From NCBI GenBank assembly GCA_910592345.1, contig CAJVPI010000255.1, positions 1 through 38,571 on the forward strand: a stretch of 38,571 nt of DNA. Direction: 5' to 3'. Below the pieces are notes generated by a model. The model worked only from the letters and a program-made list of their open reading frames with translations. It was not told the DNA's origin and ran no database searches. This document shows positions 1 to 11,792 of this stretch, one piece after another (position 1 is the stretch's first letter; every line of letters starts with the position of its first letter). A program made the translations under genes and the position numbers. The DNA comes from Paraglomus brasilianum. Its lineage: Eukaryota.

Positions 1-254
1 TTTCCGTGTAACATCAGAAAGCAGGGTAGGGATTCATATGATAACGGCTTTATACTATTAATAATATTAATAAGTAACCATGGTTTATGCTTGGTAGGAA
101 AACACAAGGTTACTGCTGTTATTGTTACAGTAGTCTTATTACATAACTCATAGCGTTTATCCGCTGATTGAAATAATAATAAGAAAATGTTTAGGGACCC
201 TTCTCAATTTTGGGGTACTTTGACGGGACTTATGCGTATAAATCGTGGTACGGC

Positions 255-300
255 ATTTATACGATGACGGGATTTATACGATGACGGGATTTATGCACGA
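255..300. repeat. Short tandem repeat, 17-bp unit ATTTATACGATGACGGG x2 plus a partial copy
   Basis: Exact copies at 255-271 and 272-288, partial ATTTATGCACGA after; related GACGGGACTTATGCG near 222. Confidence 0.75.
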
Positions 301-848
301 CATAAACGCTGATATATCGGATATAGAGATTGCTGATATATCTATTTATAGTATAGCAAATTCTGTTACTATATGTATTATTGCAGTAACATAAACATGG
401 TCGCAATCGAAACATTATTCAATCCTTATATTATCATGTGGTGACTCGGATGCCAATTAATCAGAACAAGGGCATAATAAACAAAGTTTAATTAACGAAA
501 ATTAGGTAATTTATGCTTTGCTGTTCATCCTGTAGGAATATTTGTCATGAAATAGAAAAGGGCAGTGTCGAATGACATCCAGGGTACACGTCTTTTCTTG
601 TATCTTCCCCCAAGTTCTGTCCATGAATAAAATTTACATATGTAAGAACAAGAGACTTATAAAATAGGGAAGCGTAATGTTAAATGTGGTAATTTGGCTC
701 AAGTATTTTACCGTACGTTATGAAGATATTACACAAAGAGTAAACTTGTAGCTGCAACATGTTTTCTTCAAAATTACAATGAGCAAATGAATTGGAACTC
801 AAAATACCTCATTTAAAACCGTAAAACGCACAGATTTTATTATAAAAA

Positions 849-1250
849 TTAATAAGGAATTCGTTCACCATTACTTTCAATAATCGCCTTACGACGTCTT
901 TTCATCGAGTTACCAAATTTTTACAATTGAACCCGGAATATTATCCTACCCTTCTACCATAAGACGCCTTGATTTTTTGGTCTTCTACTTCGCCTTTCTA
1001 CATTAGTTTTGACTATGTACCATAGATTTCTATCGGATTAATATCAGGACTATTCGACGGCCAGTCAACTAAAGAAATTGTTTAGCGACAGAGCTCGTAT
1101 GCTTCAGATCGTTGTCTTAGTCTTGTTGGAAGCCAGACTTTTCCGAGCATGTGTCGTATTTCGGTAAGTGCCTCTGAAGTATCATTATTGGCAATTACAC
1201 GTACATATTTGATCACTGAGTAACAACGACCATAACAATCAACATAGTTA
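849..1250 (-). pseudogene. Tc1/mariner-type DDE transposase relic, C-terminal part (copy A)
   Basis: Minus-strand fragments FQQD*DNDLKHTSS (~1090-1135), DWPSNSPDINPIE (~1027-1066) and NSMKRRRKAIIESNGERIPY* (stop 849-851) match Tc1 motifs FQQDNxPKH, WPxxSPDLNPIE and SMPxRxxAVIxxxG; stops and frameshifts present. Confidence 0.85.
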
Positions 1251-1274
1251 ATACTCATTTGATAGCTAAGATGT

Positions 1275-2620
1275 AGTAGATTTATCCTTTCTCCATTGCT
1301 TTCAATAACTAACTCACATCTGCGCTTCATCGATTGTACTAAATTATTAATTAACATGGTTTCTGGAATAGCATTCCATTCCTCTACCTTAAATCTTGCT
1401 GAGTTTGTGGCATTCTCTTTTCAACGGTTTTTTTTTTAACAATATTCCAAAGATTTTCTATTGGATTCAATCCAGACTGTTGGCTGGCCAGTCCATAAGC
1501 ATTGGAACATTTTCACTGAGAAATGATTGAGCAAGGCGGCTGGTATGTCGCGAACAGCATTTTCGATCCAAAGACCCATTGCTTGCTTTGATACTAAAAC
1601 TTCTCAACAAATTCGCAGTGCAGACACGCAGTCCTCCCCCAAATGTTTGAATGGAATTTGGAACAATATCTTCAGATTGAGAAAGAAACCGCTAGACGCA
1701 TTATCAGGATTGACTTTTCCTCAGCTCTTATTCGTTATCCTGTTGAAGCCGCCAGTGCAAGTTCCTAAACGGCTAACCTTTTTTTTGGCTAAAAGTGATT
1801 CCGCGAAAGCCCGTTACGGTTTGAGTAACTCGACCAAATCCTATTTCGTCCGCGTTTCCTTTTGCTCTTAATTGTCTCCAGGCTGTAAAAATTACAACGT
1901 TCGGAGAGAGATTACAACCAATATTGATGCTGTTTTGGATTTCTTTCACAACATCCTTTGCCTCAAAATTATTGTCATAATTGCTTAGGAAAAGCTTAAT
2001 GGTTTGTTCAAACTTCAGTAATCGATCTTTCTTGAAGACCCACTTTTGGTCGCTGATGCACAATCAACTTGCCTAATATTGTGAGGGAAGTATTCATCGT
2101 TGGATGTGACAGCCCAGCCTGGAGTTGTCAAAGCCCAGCTGCGCTCTGTTCGGCTGTCGAACGTGCTCTCTCAATAAATTAATGATATAAATTCTGGCAT
2201 TTTGAATGGTTTTTGCATTATGCGACGAAGCATTTCCAAATGTGTAAGGATTAAATCCTTCATGAACGAAGTCCGATCAATGACCCTACCCGTCAGAACC
2301 CCGGCCCTGACTTCGGTGGTGGCGATAAAACGATTGGTAATCTGACTGCGTCGTCGCAAGCGAATAATTCCCCGCGTGTTTCCGACTTTACCTCAAAAAG
2401 ATGCTGACCGATGTACCGTGCAACATTGTTTTCAGTCGACCGGCTCTTTTTTTATGATTTATACTGCCAAATTTCTCCAACTTTTTAAGTTATTATAGAT
2501 AGTCCGCGTTGGAATCCTTGTTGCTTTGTGAATATCTTTGGCTGAACGAACTCCTATGTTTTAAAAATGTAATATAGTTTCTCGCTGGCTTTTTAGATTA
2601 GAGCTTAGAAAATGACTTCT
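1275..2620 (-). pseudogene. Second fragmented Tc1/mariner transposase (copy B), interrupted by unrelated sequence
   Basis: C-terminal NNLVQSMKRRCELVIESNGERIN (ORF 1082..1357), frameshifted MDWPANSL/LNPIENLWNIVK (~1440-1497), and N-terminal HTH-like GVRSAKDIHKATRIPTRTIYNNLKKLEKFGSINHKKRAGR (~2436-2556). Confidence 0.75.
1773..2063 (-). pseudogene. Unclassified repeat-derived coding fragment inserted within the Tc1 relic
   Basis: Protein-like stretch ...KDVVKEIQNSINIGCNLSPNVVI followed after a 1-nt frameshift by LQPGDN*; no Tc1 motifs; family not assigned. Confidence 0.35.
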
Positions 2621-2685
2621 AAAAGACAGTACACTATTTAATGAAAAATGGAAAGCAGATTTTTGTGATCAAAACAAAAACCAGT

Positions 2686-2804
2686 TTACGCGATTTGGTT
2701 TAGTTTTGGGAAAGTTACACGATTTTTAGTGTACGCAATTTTTAGTGTACGCGATTTGGTTTATTTTTGGGAAAGTTACGCAATTTTAAGTGTACGCGAT
2801 TTTT
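2686..2804. repeat. Array of TAC(A/G)C(A/G)ATTT motifs; probable subterminal repeats of the Tc1-like element
   Basis: About six TACGCGATTT/TACGCAATTT/TACACGATTT copies, with GGTTTA(G/T)TTTTGGGAAAGTTAC duplicated, just upstream of the transposase 5' end. Confidence 0.6.
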
Positions 2805-2990
2805 TTGCCAATAATTTCTTTACACACTGTACGTGCATTGACATGTCCTCGTTCAGCAGCTTTGTGATATAATTCAACTGCCTTCTGTTCATTTTTTTTT
2901 CTATTCCAGTTCCATTTGTATAAAATACAGCAAGATTATATTGTGCATTGGCATTTCCTTGTTTGGCAGCTTTTTGACAAAATTCAACTA
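2800..2990 (-). pseudogene. Sel1-like (SLR/TPR) repeat gene fragment
   Basis: FCQKAAKQGNANAQYNLAVFYTNGTGIEK, then after a frameshift in a poly-A run NEQKAVELYHKAAERGHVNA: Sel1 repeat consensus. No upstream exons recognised. Confidence 0.8.
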
Positions 2991-3385
2991 CCAAAGCAGG
3001 AATATACAATGCATTAACATCTACTTGTTCAGCAGTGTTTTGGTTTTCAAAAATGGAAATTTATCAGACATCAGAAAGGATCCTTCTAGATGTATCTATA
3101 ATGTAGCAAAGTTAAATCATGCAGTCCAATGCTATGTGTCATATATCAACGAGCTTACGCATAATTCTCGTTAGGAAGAAGAAAAAGCAAATACACTTAC
3201 TAGGCGCAAGTTTGCACTAAAAAATTTTTTCCAAGATTCATTTTTGCATTATTCGAAAGATTTTGTTTTCAAGAATGTTAAACTTGCATTTGATGAGTTT
3301 TTATGATGACAAAAGTTTGAAAATAAAATTAACGTCAAATATTATGAAATTAACATCCGTCCTGTTATATTTCTCTCAAACATTA

Positions 3386-3899
3386 CAATTACCGTTTTTA
3401 TATTATTTAAAGCTCTTGTTCTCAAGGTGGTCGCTTATTAATACAAAATTTTGTATTAGTAAAATTTGTATTATGATAAATTTAATATAAGGCGATAATT
3501 GTTTTTAAAAAAATGTGAACTAACCACACGTGCAGCAAAAATAAATGTTTGAGAAATATGTCATTTTTATAAAGATTGGCCTTTTTAATTACCAGATCTT
3601 AATCTACTTGGGCATTGCAAAGTAAACTTGGTCAAAGATTAATAAGTTGTCTTAAACATTCACAAAATTTGAAGTATGCCCAGAAGAATTAAAGGATGCA
3701 TTGCCAATAATGGTTTGTCAATTAGATATTAACATTAGTAAACAATATAAATTTTTTAGTGGTCAGATATAAAATTTTATGTCAATCCACAATTTGGACA
3801 TCGGTTGTTTCTCATTAAATACAAGTTGACATTAAAAAAAAAAAAAAACGTTCTTGAGAATACGTGTAAGAGCTTTTAAAATGATGTAAATGGTAATTG
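3386..3899. mobile_element. Degenerate foldback/MITE-like element
   Basis: Left arm CAATTACCGTTTTTATATTATTTAAAGCTCTT..GTTCTCAAG aligns imperfectly with the reverse complement of ~3850-3899 (CAATTACCATTTACATCATTTTAAAAGCTCTT..ATTCTCAAG). Confidence 0.4.
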
Positions 3900-4760
3900 A
3901 AAAAAACAAACAACAATATCAAAATACAAGCTTTGTCCGGTGAGCATCCCCTGAAAAAATACCTGGATAAGACTAAGTTGGAGAAATTGATAACACGTAG
4001 ATAAGCATTTTATGATTAGAGATTAAGTTAACTATTGTGAATGTTCATGTTCACTTTCTGATCAATACTGCAATATGTAAGTAAGGTCTTTTATCTTAGT
4101 ACCCGTAAAGTTCATTTACAGTACGCGAACAAATTGATTAGATTTTCGATGAAGAAAAGGTCTCAATGGCACACTAAGCATGGTATCCGATGGAATTAAG
4201 AGATTGAATAAAGATCTTTTCGAATGACTATATTTGAATATGTGGTTAGACATAAATCGGCATCCTCAACACGCCATTTGAGACAAAATTTACGCTCTTT
4301 ACACATACAATAATCGCGTCTACTAGTTTCAGTTACAAAATTCGGAATGCTTTTTGTGAATTTCGTCGTAACTGCGGAATTGATTTCAGTCTTATCGATC
4401 CCACAAGCAACAAATTTGATAGGTATAACACGTTTATGTTTCGTATTCTATATTCCGTTAGAACAGACATTTAATCAGAATATAAGCCAACATGTACTAA
4501 ATGCACCGGCAAAAATATGCGGGACAATTATTTATATACAAAAATCGGTTATCTGTATTATACTAATATGTAAAAACGTATTTGTTTGTAAAATTAGGTT
4601 CACCTAAAAAGAAAGCTACATTCACTTTCGTGTTATGATATTAGCTATTAATACCAGACTTTGTTTTTTAGAACGACTTAATTTGGCAAAAATAGGTTTA
4701 AACAGTTGGACAGCTTATCAACCGTTATTTACACCTAAAATAACCTTAATATACAGTAGT

Positions 4761-4930
4761 CACGATACCTGACGATACTCCTACGATACCCCTACGATAC
4801 TCCTACGATACCCCTACGATACTTCACGATACCCCTACGATACTTCACGATACCCCTACGATACTTCACGATACCCCTACGATACCCCTACGATACTTCA
4901 CGATACCCTGCGAATACCTCACGATACTTT
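4761..4930. repeat. Minisatellite: ~16 units of ACGATAC plus a 3-4 nt variable linker
   Basis: ACGATAC followed by CTG, TCCT, CCCT, TTC etc., read directly; preceded by TACAGTAGT. Confidence 0.9.
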
Positions 4931-5695
4931 TAAGGAATTAATTTGAATTGATACTTTTATGGTACTCAACGATCACATTATACCGCTAATACTCCATGAT
5001 ACTCAATACTTACGCTGATTACGATGCACTGGTATAACTCGTAATAACATGAATATATAACAGAGATTGAATCGTTTAGTATAATACTGTAATTATATAT
5101 GCATAATTTCAATGCCTAACAATCCTTGTCATATTTACATAGTCTAGAGCCATGTGCTTGTTCCCAAAAAAGTAGCAAGTTAAACACCCCTTAAACTGTC
5201 ATGGGAGTTTTCTTGAATGAAAATAAACGTGGTGAGAATGTGCTGTGACATCATGCATACTAGTGCCATCTAAGCCACCCGATATATAGAGTGAGTGTTA
5301 ATGTGTGAATACAAGCGTACGCATAGCCACTCTGAATTATGTATATTAATATCATATATTTTGATACTTTAACAGCCAGTGAATCGTAACTCTCGAATAT
5401 CAGTCAAGGATATAATCAGGTCAAATGAATTTGATAATCGTCAATTCGGAAAGTTTATCATTTACGTGACATTCTTTCCAAAGTCGATTCGCCTTCTGGA
5501 TCGAGGCTTATCTTCCAGGCAATCTCTTCCATCGTTGAAATTGTAATGCTAATGCACAAGATTTTATAACATCTGTTGTGTCTTGCCATTTCAACAAATA
5601 TGTAGAATCGGTATCTCCAAATAAACTTGGTATCATCAGTATTATTATTATGTTCACAAAATTATTTAATATCAATTACTTGTTAAATGTGGGAG

Positions 5696-5761
5696 CTGAT
5701 GCTGAAATCCGGCTGATAACTCCGTTGGTTAGTTTCAGCTTCAGCCGGATTTCAGCATCAG
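5696..5761. repeat. Perfect 21-bp inverted repeat with 24-nt loop
   Basis: CTGATGCTGAAATCCGGCTGA (5696-5716) / TCAGCCGGATTTCAGCATCAG (5741-5761); weaker pairing extends outward (AATGT/ACATT). Confidence 0.9.
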
Positions 5762-6178
5762 TCGCGACATTATTAAATATTGATTTGCTTGCTAAAAAAG
5801 TAACTGATCAACAGAAATTACATACGCGCTTAATAGACATTAGCGATTGATTCAACATCTAATAGACGTAATCAAATAGCCCTTTCATGGCAAATACGGA
5901 TACCTCCGCTTTATTTCAACTAATTACATTCGTCAGGCCTCTGACGACGAAGGACAGAAAGGAGAGAAAAAAACAAAGACTAGCGCAACGGATAAATCTT
6001 GCATTCTTGTTCAATAGAACAAACTTATTAATAAAAAACAAAAGACACTATTTATAAAACAAAGAATTATCTCAAGTGCGTCAAAAATACCATCATTACA
6101 TGGCGAACATCGCCATTAAGATAACGGAAGACTAACCACCGCCCGCATGGTAATATTATATTATCGTAAAGACTAGCT

Positions 6179-7704
6179 TTAACAAAACTGAGAGATGCAT
6201 GTACGTCAGCAGAGTTATTAAACTGAAATTTCAAGTCATCGTAAATAAATCACATTTACCTTCCATCGGTTGTTGCAGATTGTGCAAGTGACAAATGTCG
6301 TCATAGGTTCATCAGCGCTCCGCGTCTATAATATTACTGGGTTAGATAACAACGAACTAGCCTTTTCATTAATATTGAGGAATTTTGCATACTCACCTGC
6401 ATTTGATAGTACGTGCATTTACGCTTACCGCACTTGCCACAACGAAATGCATCGGTTTCAGCCAGCGAGGGTCCGGCTCCACGTGACTCGAATAGTTTAA
6501 CCTGACGTATAGCACGGTCGCGGGCTTTCTTCTCTTCTGAAGCCATATCCTGAGGAATAAAAATGATTGTAAATATTACATTTTTCCCCCCCCTCAACAG
6601 ATGCATCTTAATCAATCACAATAAACGGTGAGCCCACACTTGATATTATTTACCTCTTTCGACATGGTACAGAATCTAGTTACAGGTAGCTCGCCGCTTA
6701 CCACACTTGCTCGCAGCTCTGGGTTCTTCTTGTCTTTTAAATTAAGAATTAGACTGCGGAGTTTGTCTCTATATTCTTTTTCTTGTTTTCCGCCAAACTG
6801 GTCTAATATCGTCTTCTCTATTTTGATAGCTCGCTCTAGAATTGTTGCGGAATCTTTCAAACGATCAAAGCCAGAAATTAGCTATTGTCTCAATCAAGTA
6901 TAATGGCGTGTTGATAACCAATGTCTTACCATTAGATGAATCGAACGCCATTGCATTGTATAATATCTCTATACATCTATCCCGCCTGCTGTCTCCTACA
7001 AATGGTCCACTAATATTGTCCGTTGTAACATTTCTATCTCCTTCTCTATCTGACGACGGCGTGTCGGGTATTGGCGTTGTTGGAGAGCTAACAGAACTCT
7101 GAGAGTCCTCGGCTCGTATTATGTCGCCATCACTAGTAGGAGCAGCAGGTCGGGAATTTGAATCGACATTGGTTTTTAGAGTAGATCTATATGGTATTGA
7201 CTTGGGGGATAGTTTTGAGTTGACAGCTCTATCAGAGGAACCATTGCTTTCTACTGCTGATGAGCGTCCCTCACTGCCTATTTCTTTCTTCCATTTTGCG
7301 ATAATATCTTTCGCGAGTCTAGCAATGTCTGCGTTCTTGTGTGATTTTTGTTTGCTAACAAGAAGCCCTATTTCAGTTTTCTGTTATATAGAAAAACAAG
7401 ATACCGTTATTAGTAACGTAGAAGCTGACATCGATCAAGACAACTATGATACACATCGGTACTTACCCGTAATAGTTCTTTTGTTGGTTTTACGCTTTCC
7501 TTTAGCCTCTGTAGAAGTTCAAGAGTTGACTATTTTGAAAGAAACCCATTAATCAGCTAACCGGTTATCTCAAGGAGAGCTGCTGCTTCACGTATAAATC
7601 ATATCTCGAATGATTAGAGATATCAAATAACTTACATAAAGCTTCCCTTCTTGAGTAGCTTTCTCGAGTGATTTTTTCAAGCGCAAAACTTCGTCGGTGT
7701 TCAT
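6179..7704 (-). CDS. DST1: Transcription elongation factor TFIIS (multi-exon)
   Basis: Spliced MNTDEVLRLKKSLEKA..KTEIGLLVSKQKSHKNADIARLAKDIIAKWKK (domain I), YRDKLRSLILNLKDKKNPELR (domain II), Zn ribbon CGKC..YYQMQ/TRSADEPMTTFVTCTICNNRWK/FC*; GT-AG introns; last coding exon 6179-6187. Confidence 0.96.
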
Positions 7705-7860
7705 ATTGTTATAACGCGGTGTTGAAGACTAATAGGACGCTGATAAGATAAGAGTAAAAGATATCGAGATATCACGACCCACGTGTTGTTTATAAACAGT
7801 ATAAAATTGGTGCACCCCACCCCAAAAATCTCCCCAGAAAAAACGGATCTAGCAAAAACC
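7705..7860. promoter_or_regulatory. 156-bp bidirectional promoter between TFIIS and PPIL2 with central CACGTG
   Basis: Divergent ATGs at 7704 (-) and 7861 (+); CACGTG at 7780-7785; TATAAA at 7791 and 7800. Confidence 0.65.
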
Positions 7861-10462
7861 ATGGGTAAAGGGACTGACAAATTGTGCGTCTTTCAGATTA
7901 TTCATCCTTTTTGCAATTTCGTGCATCTGTCACTTACATGTCTTCTTTTTATTTGTTAGATATATCACTCATTCAGGTACCTGCTTGCTTCTGTCTGCGA
8001 TCTTTCTTTATTCTACCCTGCTTAAAAAAGTGTATTTGTCATTCAGAATGGTCGGGCGAGTTCGGTGGCATGCAATTTGGAGGCATCCAGGCGAGGAAGA
8101 AGACCGAGAAGAATTTCCAATATTTGCCGTTTTACTGTTGTTCGCTGTCTTTACAGCCGTTCTCGCATCCAGCTTGTACTCCTGAAGGCATTATATTTGA
8201 TCTAAGGTATAATCCTAGCAAAGGACGGATCTTGCATATCTTTCTACTCATAATCGTGTTTGCAAACTTTTAAATCATGTTAATAGTAATATATATGCGT
8301 ACTTGAAAAAGTACGGGAAGAATCCAGTGACGGGCGAGAAATTGGAACTGAAATCTTTGACTAAATTAAATTTTTATAAAAATGGAAATGGTAAGCCACT
8401 TGGCAGTGCAGCAGATATTAAGCAGATGTTTTCCCTCAATTAGGAACTGATATCGATTATTTTTTCGCAGACGAATATCATTGTCCTGCAACTTTTCGTG
8501 TCTTCACTGACCATACGCATATTGTCGCAATAAAGACGACAGGAAATGTATATGCATATGAAGCAATTGACAGACTTAATATAAAGGCCAAGAATTGGAA
8601 GGATCTCTTGACTGATGAGCCCTTTACCCGAGAGGATATAATTGTGATTCAGGTAATTAGATTAGTGTTGAGTGTGCAAATATCTTTTCTTATTAACACT
8701 AAAATTTGCTCAAGGACCCTCATAATCTTGAAGCGCGTAATTTGTCCAACTTTTATTATGTGAAAAATGACCAGAAGCTAACAGATAAAGGTAGTTGAGA
8801 TTCTCGGCGAAAACAAGAGTATACAATTAAAGAACCCCTTCTTTCAGATGCCAACTTTTATTAAACTCAATAACTCATTGATTTCAGATGCAAATCAAGG
8901 CCCACTTAATGATATAAACGTCAGCGCTACTGGTTCTGCTGGACGTGTGTTGGCGGAACTTGCAGGACAGGTAAGACCCCGGTCATTAATAGTAAAGCTC
9001 GTTTGAAATTTTGACCTGCATCAGTATTTGGATTAAGATTTTAATCGTTTTTTATTCTTTCGAAGAAAGAAGCCTCTTCAGATCAATCTGTAATTCAAAA
9101 AGAGAAAAAGCCTATCAAAGATGATGCAAAAGCTAAAAAATCCGAGCCAGTTAAGAAAAAGCTACCATATAATGCGGCACATTATTCTACAGGATATGCA
9201 GCTGCATCCCTTACTTCCACAGCCATGACTCCAGTAACCGAGAATGAGAATATGTTGCTTGATAAAGAGGAATTTATGTTCAAGGAGATAAAAGCCAAAG
9301 GATATGCACGAATCGTTACTAATATGGGTAACTTGAATATAGAGCTGTTTTGTGATAAGGTAAGGTATGGTTGGCTGATTCGTTATTGTATTATGTGCAA
9401 CACTAAGTGTGCTTACACCAATAGTCCCCAAGGACGTGTTATAATTTTGTAATGCTGTCCAAGCAAGGTTATTATAAAAATGTTGTGTTTCATCGAAAAA
9501 TAAAAAATTTCATGGTAAGTTCACCTACCTTATTTTGGATTGTGTCTCAACCGACATAGTTTTGTGGTTTTATTATATTATAAATATTGTATGTTTACTA
9601 CAGATTCAAGGGGGTGATCCAACTGGAACGGGTAAGGGTGGTGAATCATATTGGAAGAAAGATTTTCCCGATGAATTCAAAAGCAACTTGTCGCATAATG
9701 AACGTGGTCTTCTAAGCATGGCAAATAGAGGCAAAGGCACGAATGGATCACAGTTGTAAGTTATTCGTATTAACTATATACGGTTGGCTACTTATTCAAT
9801 CAACGAGGAACCTCTAATTCATTAATTATAATATGCAGCTTTATAACATTCCGTCCATGCACTCATCTGGACAATAAGCACACAATATTTGGCAAGCTTG
9901 TTGGAGGAAAAGATATACTGGACAAGATGGAATCGGTTCCTACCGACGAAGCAGATTACCCTCTACAAGAAATTAAGATGCTAGATGTGATAGTATTCGT
10001 AGATCCTTATGAAGAATACGAGAAGCGACTAGAGAGGAAGCTACTGTTAGAATCGGAGAATGCCGAAAAGAGAAATATTTCCAAAGAAAAGTCAGAGAAG
10101 GTTTGCTTGTTTCAATTACAGACTATTTATTATTATCCTAGTCCTATTTTGACTGACACTTTACATAATATCAGGAAACAACTACATGGTTTGGTACACA
10201 GTTGACCAGGATTACTGATCCAGGTACCAGTGCGAGTGCTGGTGTTGGCAAATACTTGAAGCCAACGCCTACAAAAAGAACACTAGAATCTGAAGACACA
10301 AAAGCAGATTACCCAGTTGAGCAAGAAAAGAAAAAGACAAAAACAACAGGATATAGTTTTGGGGACTTTAGCGGTAAGAAAACAGAATCTGAAAGTTATT
10401 ACATCAAGCTAGCATTCATTATAACCGAGTCTGCGTGTGTTTTTTTTTTTTTAGGTTGGTAG
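7861..10462 (+). CDS. PPIL2: U-box/RING cyclophilin PPIL2 (Cyp60-like peptidyl-prolyl isomerase)
   Basis: [15 protein letters not shown].., [20 protein letters not shown], cyclophilin core [51 protein letters not shown]-terminal FGDFSGW* (last coding exon 10455-10462). Confidence 0.94.
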
Positions 10463-11792
10463 AAACATTTTATAGACCATTTATTATTATACATAGATGA
10501 AGAATTGGTACGAGGATCATTTGGGCTGTTTACTAACTAATATTATGGAGTGAACAGTAATAGTTGTAATATCACAATCTGTTATATTGGTGTGCTAAAC
10601 GTCACATTATAACGAAGATTGTCAGATAAATTTTCTTCCTTACATCCAGGGTTTGGTTATATCCAGACCTACAAAAATTAAAAATTTAATAATTATTGCG
10701 GTACATTGGATACCTGTTAAGTATTTATTACATCTTTGAGATTAGAAAGGATAAATTGACGTGCTCATTCTAACAATCTAGCCATTGAACAATAACTAAT
10801 TCTATCCCAAGATTTTTCTGAACCTGTTCCAATGTCACCTTCTTGATTCGTCAACTTCTAGTTGAATACCAGCGTCTTGTCTCGGCAAGCAAGCGCACTC
10901 AAAAAAAAAACAAAACAAAAACTTATCACATAACGAGGATGTATTAGTATGCAGTCTACTATAGATTAACCAAAGAACTGTAACCAGACTTACACAAAAG
11001 GGTGGCAGAGAAAATTAGATGTAGTTTGCCATTGACAAGGCACAAAGTTTCGAATCAATTACAATGTAATTGCAAACATTTGGGAGAACTTTTTTGACGC
11101 GCTTTAATATTAATATTGTTAATCACAACCGCTTCGCGACTGAAAGAAAAGTGCACGAACATTTCGATACCGCGCATTCCAAATGGAATATCTGACTTTT
11201 TGAACAAGCCAAGCTAGACTTACAGGCATGGTTTGAAGAAAGAGATGAATATGTGAGTATAAGCTTTGGTTAAAAAGTGCCTCATTATCGCGCAATTACC
11301 TCTAAACCCTGTAATAGTAATATTAATATTTGTAATCCTTATCCTTGTCAAGAATTTTTTGATTTATTTTCTAAGACAATTTGTATAATGACAGTTTGAC
11401 AACTGTGAACCCCGCATTTTAAATCTCGAATACTATGCATGTGAGTGAATGAGCATGCACTAAAATACCAGATGCGCATGTTCTATTCCTATGATAAAGT
11501 AATTCACACAGCTTTTTTAAGAGTTGGACGGGAATTTTCCAGCTTGGAATAAAAACGACTTCTGCACTATATTTTCCGTAAGCCACATACTTGTTTGCAA
11601 ACCCACTTGTCTCTTGTGCAATACTTTCTGGATTCGTAACGATAAATAAATTTGCAAATAGTTTCTATATAGTTGCATGGAAAGTCATGTCTTAGTATAG
11701 CCGATTAAAGCAAGTTCACATACCAGTAACAATTGTGTTACCGGCTTGACCAATTCTGCTCAACTTTACATAAAGTTTCCGTTAGCATCAGA

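Noticed and set aside
4761..4930. CRISPR-like repeat/spacer appearance
   Set aside because: Core is 7 bp and the linkers are 3-4 bp and recurrent; eukaryotic context; no cas genes.
9860..9885. His in place of the cyclosporin-binding Trp in the cyclophilin (HLDNKH)
   Set aside because: Substitution at this site is common in multidomain cyclophilins such as PPIL2; not novel.
11130..11260. Exon-like stretch ending in a GTGAGT donor between PPIL2 and TFC4
   Set aside because: Contains an in-frame stop, has no recognisable homology and no partner exons.
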